From positions 1-29,970 of the forward strand of contig JBEKKX010000030.1 of NCBI GenBank assembly GCA_050010515.1: a stretch of 29,970 bases of DNA. Reading direction: 5' to 3'. How positions within the stretch are numbered: position 1 is the first letter of the stretch; the number at the start of each line of letters is the position of its first letter. The position numbers and the translations under genes are program-made. The stretch is from Candidatus Bathyarchaeia archaeon. GTDB lineage: Archaea > Thermoproteota > Bathyarchaeia > Bathyarchaeales > Bathycorpusculaceae. The notes under the pieces are model-generated. The model saw only the letters and a program-made list of their open reading frames with translations. It did not search any database and had not been told where the DNA came from. Of this stretch, positions 1 to 7,435 are shown piece by piece.

Positions 1-145
1 CTCCTAAATGCATTAGCAGCGTTAAGATTGAACAGACCGGAAAAAACCAGATCCATCACCATGCTAGCAAGATAGCAGAAATTAACACAAACCAATCGAA
101 TTAGCAACAGACTGGCGCGCTTATTGCATCACTATAGAAATCTGG

Positions 146-153
146 TTTAAATA
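146..153 (+). promoter_or_regulatory. TATA box (TTTAAATA) for the small ORF at 174
   Basis: Canonical archaeal TATA about 20 bp before ATG 174. Confidence 0.5.
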
Positions 154-173
154 ATTAAACTCGCATAGTTATT

Positions 174-389
174 ATGTGGGGAAGTAGGTTGGAAGTACAA
201 TATGCGTGCTTCAATGAGTTCCCCGATCAATGTGCAGGATGCCCAGAATACAGTGAAACAAGGCAAGATCAGGCAACGCAACTCACATTGCTGGCAGGGA
301 TGGGTATGATGAACCCGGTTCCATATGCCGAAAAAATCGTCAAAGAATGCAAGCGGTATCACAAACGCAAAGTTGAATATATGGGATAG
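174..389 (+). CDS. Small Cys-containing hypothetical protein (possible metal binding)
   Basis: 71-aa ORF behind a TATA box with pattern C-x7-C-x2-C...C; start may be TTG 189. Confidence 0.55.
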   Translation: MWGSRLEVQYACFNEFPDQCAGCPEYSETRQDQATQLTLLAGMGMMNPVPYAEKIVKECKRYHKRKVEYMG

Positions 390-535
390 CAAGAAGCACA
401 GCGCAACCCTGAATAAGCAAACATAGCCAAGGCAAAGTTGACTGAGGAAACTAAATTATCGGGGAAAACTCTCGATTTTTACGTTACTTCTTGGATTGCG
501 CTAAAGATAGCGAAATGAATGCTGGGCGGTATCTC

Positions 536-815
536 GCCACTTGGGTGGATGGGTTCAATTCCCAGCGACCAAAGGCCGCATATCGCATCATTTCCGTTTC
601 GCGCGCGCTGGGGAGGCCGGTGCGTAAGACGAAGCGCTTTGCCAAGACCAAGCGGAGGCTTGTTTGTTCTATTGGATTGTTTCAGTTCTACTGGAATTTC
701 ATCAACGAGTTTGAACGGAGAGAGTCTCCAGCAACACTGAAGGATTAACAGATCACGTTTGGACATGGCGCGAGTTTTTGCATAAACATTAACTATCTCG
801 GATGAGGGCATTACT
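536..815 (+). mobile_element. Degraded IS1-family transposase C-terminus plus probable right end
   Basis: ATWVDGFN..RALGRPVRKTKRFAK..LFQFYWNF..ESPA, then after a frameshift near 738 EGLTDHVWTWREFL. This matches the IS1-like ER.N...RL.RKT..FSK / PA..GLTDHVW pattern. 800-815 reads AGTAATGCCCTCATCC on the minus strand, close to the IS1 GGTAATG terminus. Confidence 0.75.
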
Positions 816-1005
816 AAGAAAAGCACTTAGCCGAAAATTGCCTGCGACAGAAACTATTTAAGACATAGATGTCTTTCAAAAACGTTAATTGGCAGTTAAA
901 AGGGCTTTGGGGCATCAGTTTCGTTGAATATAACTAAAGGGCACTTTAATTTCAATCTATTCTTAACCAATAATTTTCCAAGATTAACTATGAAAAAACT
1001 CCTTT

Positions 1006-2232
1006 TTGACGAACTTTAAGGAGGCAACCAGAATTTCACATGGCGACCTTTATAGAAATTTCTGGGGAATGTTCAAGGAGACAACATTAGCTTACTCATT
1101 TGACATAGCTGGATTAATTGCTGGTTTTCTTATTGCTTACCAGCTTAATGTTTTCAGGCTCTCACCCTGGGCCTTGGCTCTTTATCCAGCATTCATAAGC
1201 ATAAGAATAATTAACGGTTTACTTAGTGGTCGCTTAAGCACTGCCTTGCATCTTGGCACGATTTACCCTCGATTTTCTGGAAATACAAAAAGCTTCCATA
1301 AATTAATCCATGCCATAATTGTATTAACTTTAGTAACAAGCCTAACGGTTAGCTTAATTTCTTTATTTTTCGGTTACTTGCTTTTGGGCATAACCCTAGC
1401 TGATTTCCCAGCTATACTATCAGTAATGGTTTCAACATTAGCAATAGGTCTGCTTTTTTCTTTAGTAACTATTAAGGTTGCCTTTGTTTCTTTCAAACGA
1501 GGATTAGACCCTGACATCGTAGTTTATCCAATAATATCTACAGCAGCCATCATTTTCATAACCCTCTGTTATATTGGAGTGTTAAATTTGTTTTTCTTTT
1601 TGCCTTTTTTTGGCAGATTAGCAATTCTAGCTATCGGCCTTACACATGTATTTCTCGTTCTATATTTGATATCACAAGACAGGCAGGAACCTGAATTCCT
1701 GAAAACCATAAGAGAATCCCTCATTATGCTAATGTTTGTAGCCGTAATTCTAACCCTAACCGGAACCATTTTCAAAGGAATAAGTAACTTCGCAGAAAAC
1801 CGGAAAGAAATTTACACGATTTATCCAGCCTTAATTAGCATGGTAAGCAATGTAGGCTCAGTTGTAGGCTCCACCGCTAACACTAAGCTCGCTTTAGGTT
1901 TACTCACGCCCTCTTTCTCCTCAATAAAAAATCATACTAAAAACATTACTAGCGCATGGACAGCCTCACTTTTAATCTCCACCGTTTTAGCCCTCATATC
2001 TCTAGCAATTAACCGTGTGTTTCCACTATCAAGCGTGCTTAATTTTATGATAATGATTTGGTTATCTAACGTAATAGCGGTCATAGGTATAGTGCTTTTA
2101 TCTTACGGTATCGCGATATTAACATTCAGAAGAGGCTTGAACCCTGATAATTTTGTCATCCCAATTGAAACCTCATTAGCAATCATAGTAACCTCAACAG
2201 CTTTACTATTAGCTTTACTTCTAATCGGGTAG
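1006..2232 (+). CDS. MgtE/SLC41-type integral membrane protein with two tandem MgtE membrane domains
   Basis: About 10 hydrophobic segments, GRLSTALHLG motif, repeated FKRGLDPD..YPI / FRRGLNPD..IPI. Confidence 0.85.
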   Translation: MTNFKEATRISHGDLYRNFWGMFKETTLAYSFDIAGLIAGFLIAYQLNVFRLSPWALALYPAFISIRIINGLLSGRLSTALHLGTIYPRFSGNTKSFHKLIHAIIVLTLVTSLTVSLISLFFGYLLLGITLADFPAILSVMVSTLAIGLLFSLVTIKVAFVSFKRGLDPDIVVYPIISTAAIIFITLCYIGVLNLFFFLPFFGRLAILAIGLTHVFLVLYLISQDRQEPEFLKTIRESLIMLMFVAVILTLTGTIFKGISNFAENRKEIYTIYPALISMVSNVGSVVGSTANTKLALGLLTPSFSSIKNHTKNITSAWTASLLISTVLALISLAINRVFPLSSVLNFMIMIWLSNVIAVIGIVLLSYGIAILTFRRGLNPDNFVIPIETSLAIIVTSTALLLALLLIG

Positions 2233-2292
2233 CTTGAGGGTATAATTAAAATAATTCAGAGCCATATTTTATTGTGGAGCGATCTCTAGAAT

Positions 2293-3489
2293 ATGCCTAA
2301 ATTTGAAAAGATAGAATACAAACCTATCCCCGTCAGAGAGCTTTTGCTTGAAATGAAAAATCTATCTGAACTAATGATTGATTTAGCCTATTCCGCAGCG
2401 TTATATAATGATAAAGACCTTGCTGAAGACGTTCTCGCGCTTGAAAGCCGAGTAGATACGTTGGCGTACCTTTTAAATATGGAATTAATGGTTGCTTCAA
2501 GAGACCCAAAAGACGCAGAGGCAATGGTTGGCATTTCCATAGTAGCTTCTTCCACAAATAAAATTTCAGATGCTGCCGCCGACATAGCAGCCATAGTAAC
2601 TCGCAACATTGGCATTCACCCCATAGTTGGCGAAATCTTTGAAAAAGTAGAAGAACGCTTAATGAAAGTGACCGTAAAAGCCAATTCAGCGATTGTCAAG
2701 AAAAGGATAGATGAACTGGATTTAGCTGCAAAAATGGGCGTTGATATTATTGCCATCCGCCGACATAACGATTGGATACTCAACCCCAAGGGCACAGAAA
2801 GAGTCTTACAAGACGACATGCTAATTACTCGTGGAGCATCATTAGGCATTGAAAAGTTTAAAGATTTAGCTGAAGGCGAACTTGCAAAATTAGACGTTGA
2901 AGAACGCGCGAAATTCGAGGAAATTGTTTCAAGATTCGTAGAACTCAAGGACACATCTGAGTTAATGTTGGATTTAGCTTATTCTTCCCTTCTGTTAAAC
3001 AGTAAGGAACTAGCTGAAGAAGTCGAGCGTCTTGAAGAGCGCATGGACCAGTTGCACACTGATTTCGAATTGCTTGCTTTAACGAGCGATTTCAAAAAAG
3101 AAGAAGCCTCAGGTTTCCTAGGTTTAATTCGGTTAGGTGTAGCGACAGAAAAAATCGCTGATGCCGCTGCGGATATAGCTGAGGTTGTTCTAAGAGGTAT
3201 TGAGCCGCACCCAATTTTGAAGCTGACAATTAAAGAAGCAGAGGAAACAGTTGCCCAAGCTTGTGTTACTGCGGATTCTCGGCTTGTAAATAAAACTCTT
3301 AAAGAAGCGCGTGTGCATGAAGAAACAGGCATGTGGGTTTTAGTGATAAAAAGAGGAGAGAAATGTTTGCGTCCTCGAGCAGACTCAAAAATCCAAGCAG
3401 GTGACGTATTAGTTGCTTCAGGATACGCTGAAGGCGCTGATGACTTAAAGAAGCTTTCTTCCCCAGCCCAAGTGTGCAACGTCGAATAG
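2293..3489 (+). CDS. Tandem [PhoU-like + TrkA-C/RCK-C] x2 regulatory protein
   Basis: Internal duplication (EMKNLSELMIDLAYSA / ELKDTSELMLDLAYSS) with TrkA-C motifs GVDIIAIRR and GMWVLVIKRG; usual partner of archaeal MgtE-like genes. Confidence 0.9.
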   Translation: MPKFEKIEYKPIPVRELLLEMKNLSELMIDLAYSAALYNDKDLAEDVLALESRVDTLAYLLNMELMVASRDPKDAEAMVGISIVASSTNKISDAAADIAAIVTRNIGIHPIVGEIFEKVEERLMKVTVKANSAIVKKRIDELDLAAKMGVDIIAIRRHNDWILNPKGTERVLQDDMLITRGASLGIEKFKDLAEGELAKLDVEERAKFEEIVSRFVELKDTSELMLDLAYSSLLLNSKELAEEVERLEERMDQLHTDFELLALTSDFKKEEASGFLGLIRLGVATEKIADAAADIAEVVLRGIEPHPILKLTIKEAEETVAQACVTADSRLVNKTLKEARVHEETGMWVLVIKRGEKCLRPRADSKIQAGDVLVASGYAEGADDLKKLSSPAQVCNVE

Positions 3490-3644
3490 TTGGCATCTTT
3501 ATTTCAGATTCATTAACACTATAAACCAGTAACCGCGCGCATGGTTGTTCCGAAAATGGTTAAAAATGGTAATAATCCTCTTTTTGGCATTCACAACCAA
3601 TCCTTCTTTCTCATAGAACTCCAGCGTGCTGCCTTGCCAATAGA

Positions 3645-3905
3645 TTATGTGTTGAAGTATGTTGGTGAGACTGCTTTGTCGGGTCTTCCAAGATTTTCTG
3701 ATGCTTCTCTGTTCATGGCCAGACACAGCAGGCTGTAAAGTGTGGTAGGAAGCGACGTTTTTTAAGCCTCTGACTTTGTTCGTGGCCAAGCTGTACTGTG
3801 TCTTCAGGAAGCTGTAGACTGCTTCTATATGCGGTCTCTTGTGATACTCTCTTTTCTGATCTTCTGGCCCGTAGGTTCGAAACTTCTTATCTACTCAGCA
3901 AGCCC
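3645..3905 (-). mobile_element. Degraded IS4/IS5-superfamily (DDE_Tnp_1-like) transposase C-terminus
   Basis: Minus strand DKKFRTYGPEDQKREYHKRPHIEAVYSFLKTQYSLATNKVRGLKNV contains the Y-x2-R-x3-E-x6-K (YREK) signature. A frameshift near 3745 continues TLYSLLCLAMNREASENLGRPDKAVSPTYFNT* (stop 3645). Confidence 0.75.
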
Positions 3906-4365
3906 TTAACGTCTCGTTTCTGAGTTTGTCACCACGGCATCAGACATCACCGAGAGATACACAGAGACAGAGACGGAGGGGGTCTACTCCCTAATTCTCT
4001 TTTTCAGTACCGCTCTTAAAAGGATATTAAATTTCAAAATTTTGTTGGGTTCAATTATGTCGCTGCTTTCTTTATTCTTGCTTAAATGTACTCCGGTAAG
4101 GAAAACCGTGAGCATAAATGCCAGTTCCCTTCTAATTAAAAAACCGTTTTCCCCTTTAATTTGGAACTAACTGAAATTTATAAAACATAAAAAATAGATA
4201 AAAAGCCATGAAATAGCTTGAAAAAAGCAAAGTGATTAAATAGAAATGTTTTCGCGATGGGGATTGCAGGGAAATTTTATAAGTTAAACATATAATTCAG
4301 AAAGGATTTGGGGAAAAGCGTAAAAATAAGTGTTCATAAGAACTCTTGAAAAGTGATGATTTACT

Positions 4366-4560
4366 TTGACCCCTGGAATTGAAGAAGAGGTGTTAACCAG
4401 TTTAGGGCTAACGTTTTCCCGGGGCAGAGTTTATCTGACTCTTGTTCACAACGATTACCCTCAAAATAAAGGGCAAAAGCATTTTGAAGATGCCAGATCA
4501 CAGGTTCTATGCAATGTTGAAATGTTTAGGGAAAATGGTTTCAATGAAAGGAGCAATTAA
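4366..4560 (+). pseudogene. Truncated, decayed TrmB-family HTH domain
   Basis: EVLTSLGLTFSRGRVYLTL..ARSQV..EMFRENG aligns by eye with ETLVKLGLTFLQAKVYLAL..ASQDV..ELQEKS of the TrmB gene at 24985-25797; no effector domain. Confidence 0.6.
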
Positions 4561-4585
4561 AACTGGAAGCAGAGAGGGCATTGTA

Positions 4586-5542
4586 ATGCCATTACCTCCG
4601 TTCTTTAGGACCATTATACAAACTAAGGAGCAAGGCTTTGTATGGACAGTTTCTATGCTTATGGTATTATCATTGAGACGTATTCTTGCAAATCTAAAAT
4701 ATATCCCTGAAAATGCTATTGTAGAAGTTAACAATTCCAAGATGTTTTTGCTTCCGAGAAAAGGCGACATTAACTGGGATCTGTTTTTGTATAAAAAAAG
4801 AGAACCAATCTGCACAAATTATTTGATGCACTCAGGTATCCTCAAAGAGGGCGATGTTGCCTTAGACATTGGAGCCAACATAGGTTATTACGTTCTGGTT
4901 GAATCACAACTTGTGGGCAAAAGAGGACAAGTCTACGCTGTTGAACCCGTTTTAGGCAATTTTAACCAACTGGAAAAGAACGTGCAACTAAATAATTTGA
5001 AGAATGTTTCGATGTTCCAGTTTGCATTGGGCGAGAAAGACGCGAAATCAGGGGAGATTTACGTTTCAGATAAGTCTAATTTATCCGCTATGAACAGAAA
5101 TGCCGTTGGCGGCAAAATCGTTAGTGCACAGGAAGTATCCGTGGAGACGGTGGATACGTTCTTTAAAGATAAAGCTCCTCCAAACCTCATTCGCATGGAT
5201 GTGGAAGGCTATGAATACGAGATAATTAAGGGAATGGCTAAAACTCTGAAGGGGAACATAAAAATTCTTGTAGAGCTGCATCCTTCGCGTCTTTGTCTCG
5301 ATCCTGAAAAAATGGATGAAATATTTCATATTCTGGAGCAAAACAACTTCAGAGTTCGATTTGTGGTTATTGAGGATAAGGTTGAAGAAAACAAAATCGT
5401 TAGGCTCTTTTTGAAGAAAGCTGGAGATAAGCTGCCGATCGTTGCTTCGAATATATCTATGCAAGAACTCAAAAAACTGATAGAAAATAACTCAAGGTTG
5501 GCCCCAAATGTGGTATTCGAAAGACAGATTTCTTCCTATTAA
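4586..5542 (+). CDS. FkbM-family SAM-dependent methyltransferase
   Basis: LDIGANIGYY, VYAVEP and MDVEGYE motifs. Start moved from 4442 to ATG 4586 (purine-rich GAGAGGG upstream, avoids overlap with the TrmB remnant). Confidence 0.9.
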   Translation: MPLPPFFRTIIQTKEQGFVWTVSMLMVLSLRRILANLKYIPENAIVEVNNSKMFLLPRKGDINWDLFLYKKREPICTNYLMHSGILKEGDVALDIGANIGYYVLVESQLVGKRGQVYAVEPVLGNFNQLEKNVQLNNLKNVSMFQFALGEKDAKSGEIYVSDKSNLSAMNRNAVGGKIVSAQEVSVETVDTFFKDKAPPNLIRMDVEGYEYEIIKGMAKTLKGNIKILVELHPSRLCLDPEKMDEIFHILEQNNFRVRFVVIEDKVEENKIVRLFLKKAGDKLPIVASNISMQELKKLIENNSRLAPNVVFERQISSY

Positions 5543-5713
5543 GTAACTGGAAAGTCATCCTTTACTGCGTTCTTGCTTGTTCTTCTGTGAAGAGTAGTGG
5601 TTGATTAATTCCTTAACCGACGACTAACTGGAACATAAAAAATGGCTTCTCATAGCCACGGTTGAGTTCAAATGTGGCTTGGTTTATTCGCACTTATACG
5701 AGTACATGATTTT

Positions 5714-5773
5714 TTATCCCGTCTTCCTGCTTTACTGGTGTTTGCAGTTGCCGCTAAGCGGCAAGCGGGATAA
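5714..5773. other. Nested inverted repeats (three-way-junction-like) between convergent genes
   Basis: TTATCCCG 5714-5721 pairs with CGGGATAA 5766-5773; CTGC 5727-5730 with GCAG 5744-5747; TTGCCGC-TAA-GCGGCAA at 5748-5764. Confidence 0.55.
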
Positions 5774-5781
5774 GACACAAT

Positions 5782-6789
5782 TTAACGCGTTAAAGCAATC
5801 CATAGATGGTCTGAGACTGGCCTTGGCAGCATCTCTGCCTTGTCGTCTTTATGCATGAGTATTCGTTTGTTGGGGTTTATGTTGAATTCGCCTATGACGT
5901 CAGCGTAAATGTGCTCTAGGCTTAAGGCATCGATTATTTTGTTTGCGGCTTCTGGCTGTGCAGCAATAAGCAATGCGCCTGAACTAATCAGTTGCAAAGG
6001 GTCAATTTCATAATACCTGCAGATTTTGGCAGTTTCAGGTTCAACCGTAATTTTTTCTTCAAAAACCCGTACGCCTAAGCCAGCAGCGTCTGCCATTTCG
6101 TGGATTCCGTTTAGTATTCCGCCTTCTGTTGGGTCATGCATGGCGTGGACTCCACCTGTTCTGTAAGCCGTTAATGCGTCTTTTACTACGCTTATTTGGC
6201 TGTAGAAGCGTTTGGCGCTCTCAAGTATGCTCAGAGTAAAAACTTTTTTTAGTTGCTCTTCGCGGTCGGAAGCTAAAATTGCCGTGCCTTCAATTCCAGC
6301 GGTTTTTGTTAAAATCAGCTTGTCGCCTGCTTTGGCGCCTGCAGCAGTAACGTATTTGCCTTTTTCAGTTAAGCCCATGACGCAGCCAACAACAATAGGA
6401 TTAGCCAGCCCCGGAGTTGACTCACAATGCCCTCCAACAATCGCAATGCCAAGCTCCTTAGCGGCAGCGTTCATTTGAGTGCTTATGGTTTCAACGATTT
6501 TGCTGTCAGCGTCCTCTGGCAAAAGCAAGCATGAGAAGAAAAAGGCGGGTTCAACCCCAAACGTAGCAACATCATTAGCGTTAATGTTGATGGCTTCCCA
6601 TCCGATACGTTCAACTGCACCAGTGATTGGATCCATGGAAACGATGGCGTTCTTGCTTCCAACATCTAACACTGCACCATCTACTCCAGCAGCGGGACCC
6701 AAAACTACTTCGCTACGTTCGGCGCCAAGGTTTTTGAACACTACTTCTTTTAGGATGTCTATCGGGATTTTTCCAGGCGGCAGTTTCAT
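5782..6789 (-). CDS. AIR synthase (PurM/HypE/ThiL/SelD superfamily) protein, ATP-dependent, substrate unknown
   Basis: SMDPITGA, NANDVATFG, IVGGHCE, AKAGDKLILTK and AMHDPTEGG motifs; lacks the HypE C-terminal PRIC. Confidence 0.9.
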   Translation of the reverse strand: MKLPPGKIPIDILKEVVFKNLGAERSEVVLGPAAGVDGAVLDVGSKNAIVSMDPITGAVERIGWEAININANDVATFGVEPAFFFSCLLLPEDADSKIVETISTQMNAAAKELGIAIVGGHCESTPGLANPIVVGCVMGLTEKGKYVTAAGAKAGDKLILTKTAGIEGTAILASDREEQLKKVFTLSILESAKRFYSQISVVKDALTAYRTGGVHAMHDPTEGGILNGIHEMADAAGLGVRVFEEKITVEPETAKICRYYEIDPLQLISSGALLIAAQPEAANKIIDALSLEHIYADVIGEFNINPNKRILMHKDDKAEMLPRPVSDHLWIALTR

Positions 6790-6816
6790 GATCTTAATCT
6801 CTGTGAAATCTAGCTT

Positions 6817-7362
6817 TTAAGTTGTTGATACAATTCTTGACCTGTAGCTTCTCCAAGCTTCTGGAAGTCGTTTGCGAAGTATAATGGCTATTGGAATCCC
6901 CACTATTCCACCCGCGGCTATTTGCAGTATGTTGAAGGGCACTTCGCCCAGCGCTGCCCAGCGTAATGACAACCCGAAAAACTCAGCTAAGAAATACCCC
7001 GATACCATTTCGGCACCTGCTATGACCACTGCACTGATGTCTCTTTTTCGGCTTAGCCTGTTTGATATTAAGCCTGCGATGAGCCCTTCAGCGCCTTTTA
7101 TGATGAGTGTGAACGGTGCATAGACGAAGTATCCGCTGGATACATCGGATATTGCGGAGCCAACCCCGCCGGCGAATCCGCCGACGATTGGACCGAAAGT
7201 GAGGGCGGTGGCGAAGATCATGATGTCTCCGAAGTTTAGGTATCCTTTTGTGGCTGGAATGGGAATTTGCACAAGGAAGGTTGCGACTGCTACAAGGGCT
7301 GCCATGACTCCTGCTTGTGCAATTATGAGGGTGATTCTTTTTCTGTCGGGTTGAGGTTGCGT
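6817..7362 (-). CDS. ECF transporter S component (HmpT/PdxU-like)
   Basis: AALVAVAT..IPIPATKGYLNFGD..GSAISD..GY..YAPFTLIIKG; about 6 TM segments. The frame is open 19 codons above ATG 7305 to an ACG at 7362 behind GGTGA, so the start is uncertain. Confidence 0.85.
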   Translation of the reverse strand, partial: TQPQPDRKRITLIIAQAGVMAALVAVATFLVQIPIPATKGYLNFGDIMIFATALTFGPIVGGFAGGVGSAISDVSSGYFVYAPFTLIIKGAEGLIAGLISNRLSRKRDISAVVIAGAEMVSGYFLAEFFGLSLRWAALGEVPFNILQIAAGGIVGIPIAIILRKRLPEAWRSYRSRIVSTT

Positions 7363-7375
7363 TTTTTCACCTTGG

Positions 7376-7418
7376 TAGTTGCAACTTTAGTATAGTTGCA
7401 TCTATACTATCAAATAAG
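7376..7418 (-). promoter_or_regulatory. Promoter with palindromic operator for the S-component/AIRS operon
   Basis: TAGTATAG-TTGCAT-CTATACTA at 7388-7409 (22 bp, one mismatched pair), a second half-copy TAGTTGCAACT at 7376-7386, and TATA-like CTTATTTG (minus strand) at 7411-7418. Confidence 0.7.
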
Positions 7419-7435
7419 CGTTACGGAACCAACAA

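Noticed and set aside
1-75. Open frame LLNALAALRLNRPEKTRSITMLAR* at the window edge
   Set aside because: Could be a gene 3' end but is too short to identify, and a minus-strand frame is equally open.
3499-3789. 96-aa minus ORF and 65-aa plus ORF as real genes
   Set aside because: Explained by the frameshifted transposase remnant and its antisense.
4442-4585. N-terminal extension of the methyltransferase
   Set aside because: Overlaps the TrmB remnant in another frame; ATG 4586 is the better start.
5714-5773. Hammerhead or twister ribozyme, or SAM-I riboswitch
   Set aside because: Conserved core nucleotides are missing on both strands.
5782-6789. hypE assignment
   Set aside because: No C-terminal PRIC cysteine and no hydrogenase maturation genes nearby.
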